Assembly (NCBI GenBank): GCA_963745835.1
Contig: CAVUZH010000001.1
Coordinates: 101,706-165,705 of the forward strand
Source: an uncultured delta proteobacterium
GTDB lineage: Bacteria; Desulfobacterota; Binatia; UBA9968
Length of the DNA: 64,000 nucleotides
Reading direction: 5' to 3'
Part shown: positions 63,764 through 64,000 of the stretch, piece after piece
Numbering within the stretch: position 1 is the stretch's first letter
Layout of the letters: each line of letters opens with the position of its first letter
The notes under the pieces: generated by a model
Told to the model about the DNA's origin: nothing
The model's input: only the letters and a program-made list of their open reading frames with translations
Database searches by the model: none
Translations under genes and position numbers: made by a program

Positions 63764-64000
63764 TCAGTCTTTTCTGAGCTGAACTACCTTCGGATTGTCG
63801 GCGCGCACATGGTCCGGCGCGGCGGCTTTGCGCAAAAGCCCCGGTGCTACGTTCCAGTGCTGGCCGCTGTCGGTGATGACCGTGACCGTTTTCTTGTTGT
63901 AGCGAGTGATTATCCCAAAAAGCGGCGGCCGACCTTCCGGCTGAAACGTTACCCGGTCGCCGATCTTAAAGTCGAGCATCTGCGAATGCGCGCGCATCTG
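63764..64000 (-). CDS. Hypothetical SH3/KOW-like protein, probably 5' truncated by the window edge
   Basis: FKIGDRVTF...GIITRYNKKTVTV...WNVAP beta-rich pattern. Confidence 0.65.
   Translation of the reverse strand, partial: QMRAHSQMLDFKIGDRVTFQPEGRPPLFGIITRYNKKTVTVITDSGQHWNVAPGLLRKAAAPDHVRADNPKVVQLRKD

Overview
Bacterial chromosome segment of moderately high GC. The xerC-hslVU-arg-lysA-dap gene order and gene content suggest a deltaproteobacterium-like organism, possibly Binatia/Binatota (inference only). Left to right: (1) 1-15.9 kb, an aryl polyene (APE/xanthomonadin-type) type II PKS cluster with an MIO ammonia-lyase and a flavin-dependent halogenase-like gene, probably continuing upstream of the window; (2) 16-19 kb, methyltransferase, MFS transporter, lipoprotein and hydrolase; (3) 19.4-32.6 kb, housekeeping run xerC-hslV-hslU-argBDFGH-lipoprotein-lysA-dapFAB, with a 121-bp MITE-like element between lysA and dapF; (4) 32.9-44.3 kb, a visibly AT-richer surface-glycosylation island ending in a secreted subtilase with three 116-aa tandem repeats; (5) glyQS and a heterodimeric ABC exporter; (6) an ECF sigma/anti-sigma/helical-repeat/DUF1800/DUF1501 operon; (7) a metal-uptake operon (outer-membrane barrel + ZnuACB-like ABC); (8) enamidase-like amidohydrolase, LLM oxidoreductase, aspartyl protease, gloA and a hicAB pair whose toxin carries a nonsense codon. 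The best candidate for an undescribed system precedes the metal-uptake operon: an apparently leaderless, secreted HxH/CxC peptide ending in an RGPP ribosome-arrest motif whose codons are complementary to the downstream Shine-Dalgarno. Many single-base frameshifts, including in argB, argD, argG and dapB, most likely reflect assembly indel errors. No rRNA, tRNA or CRISPR array was seen.
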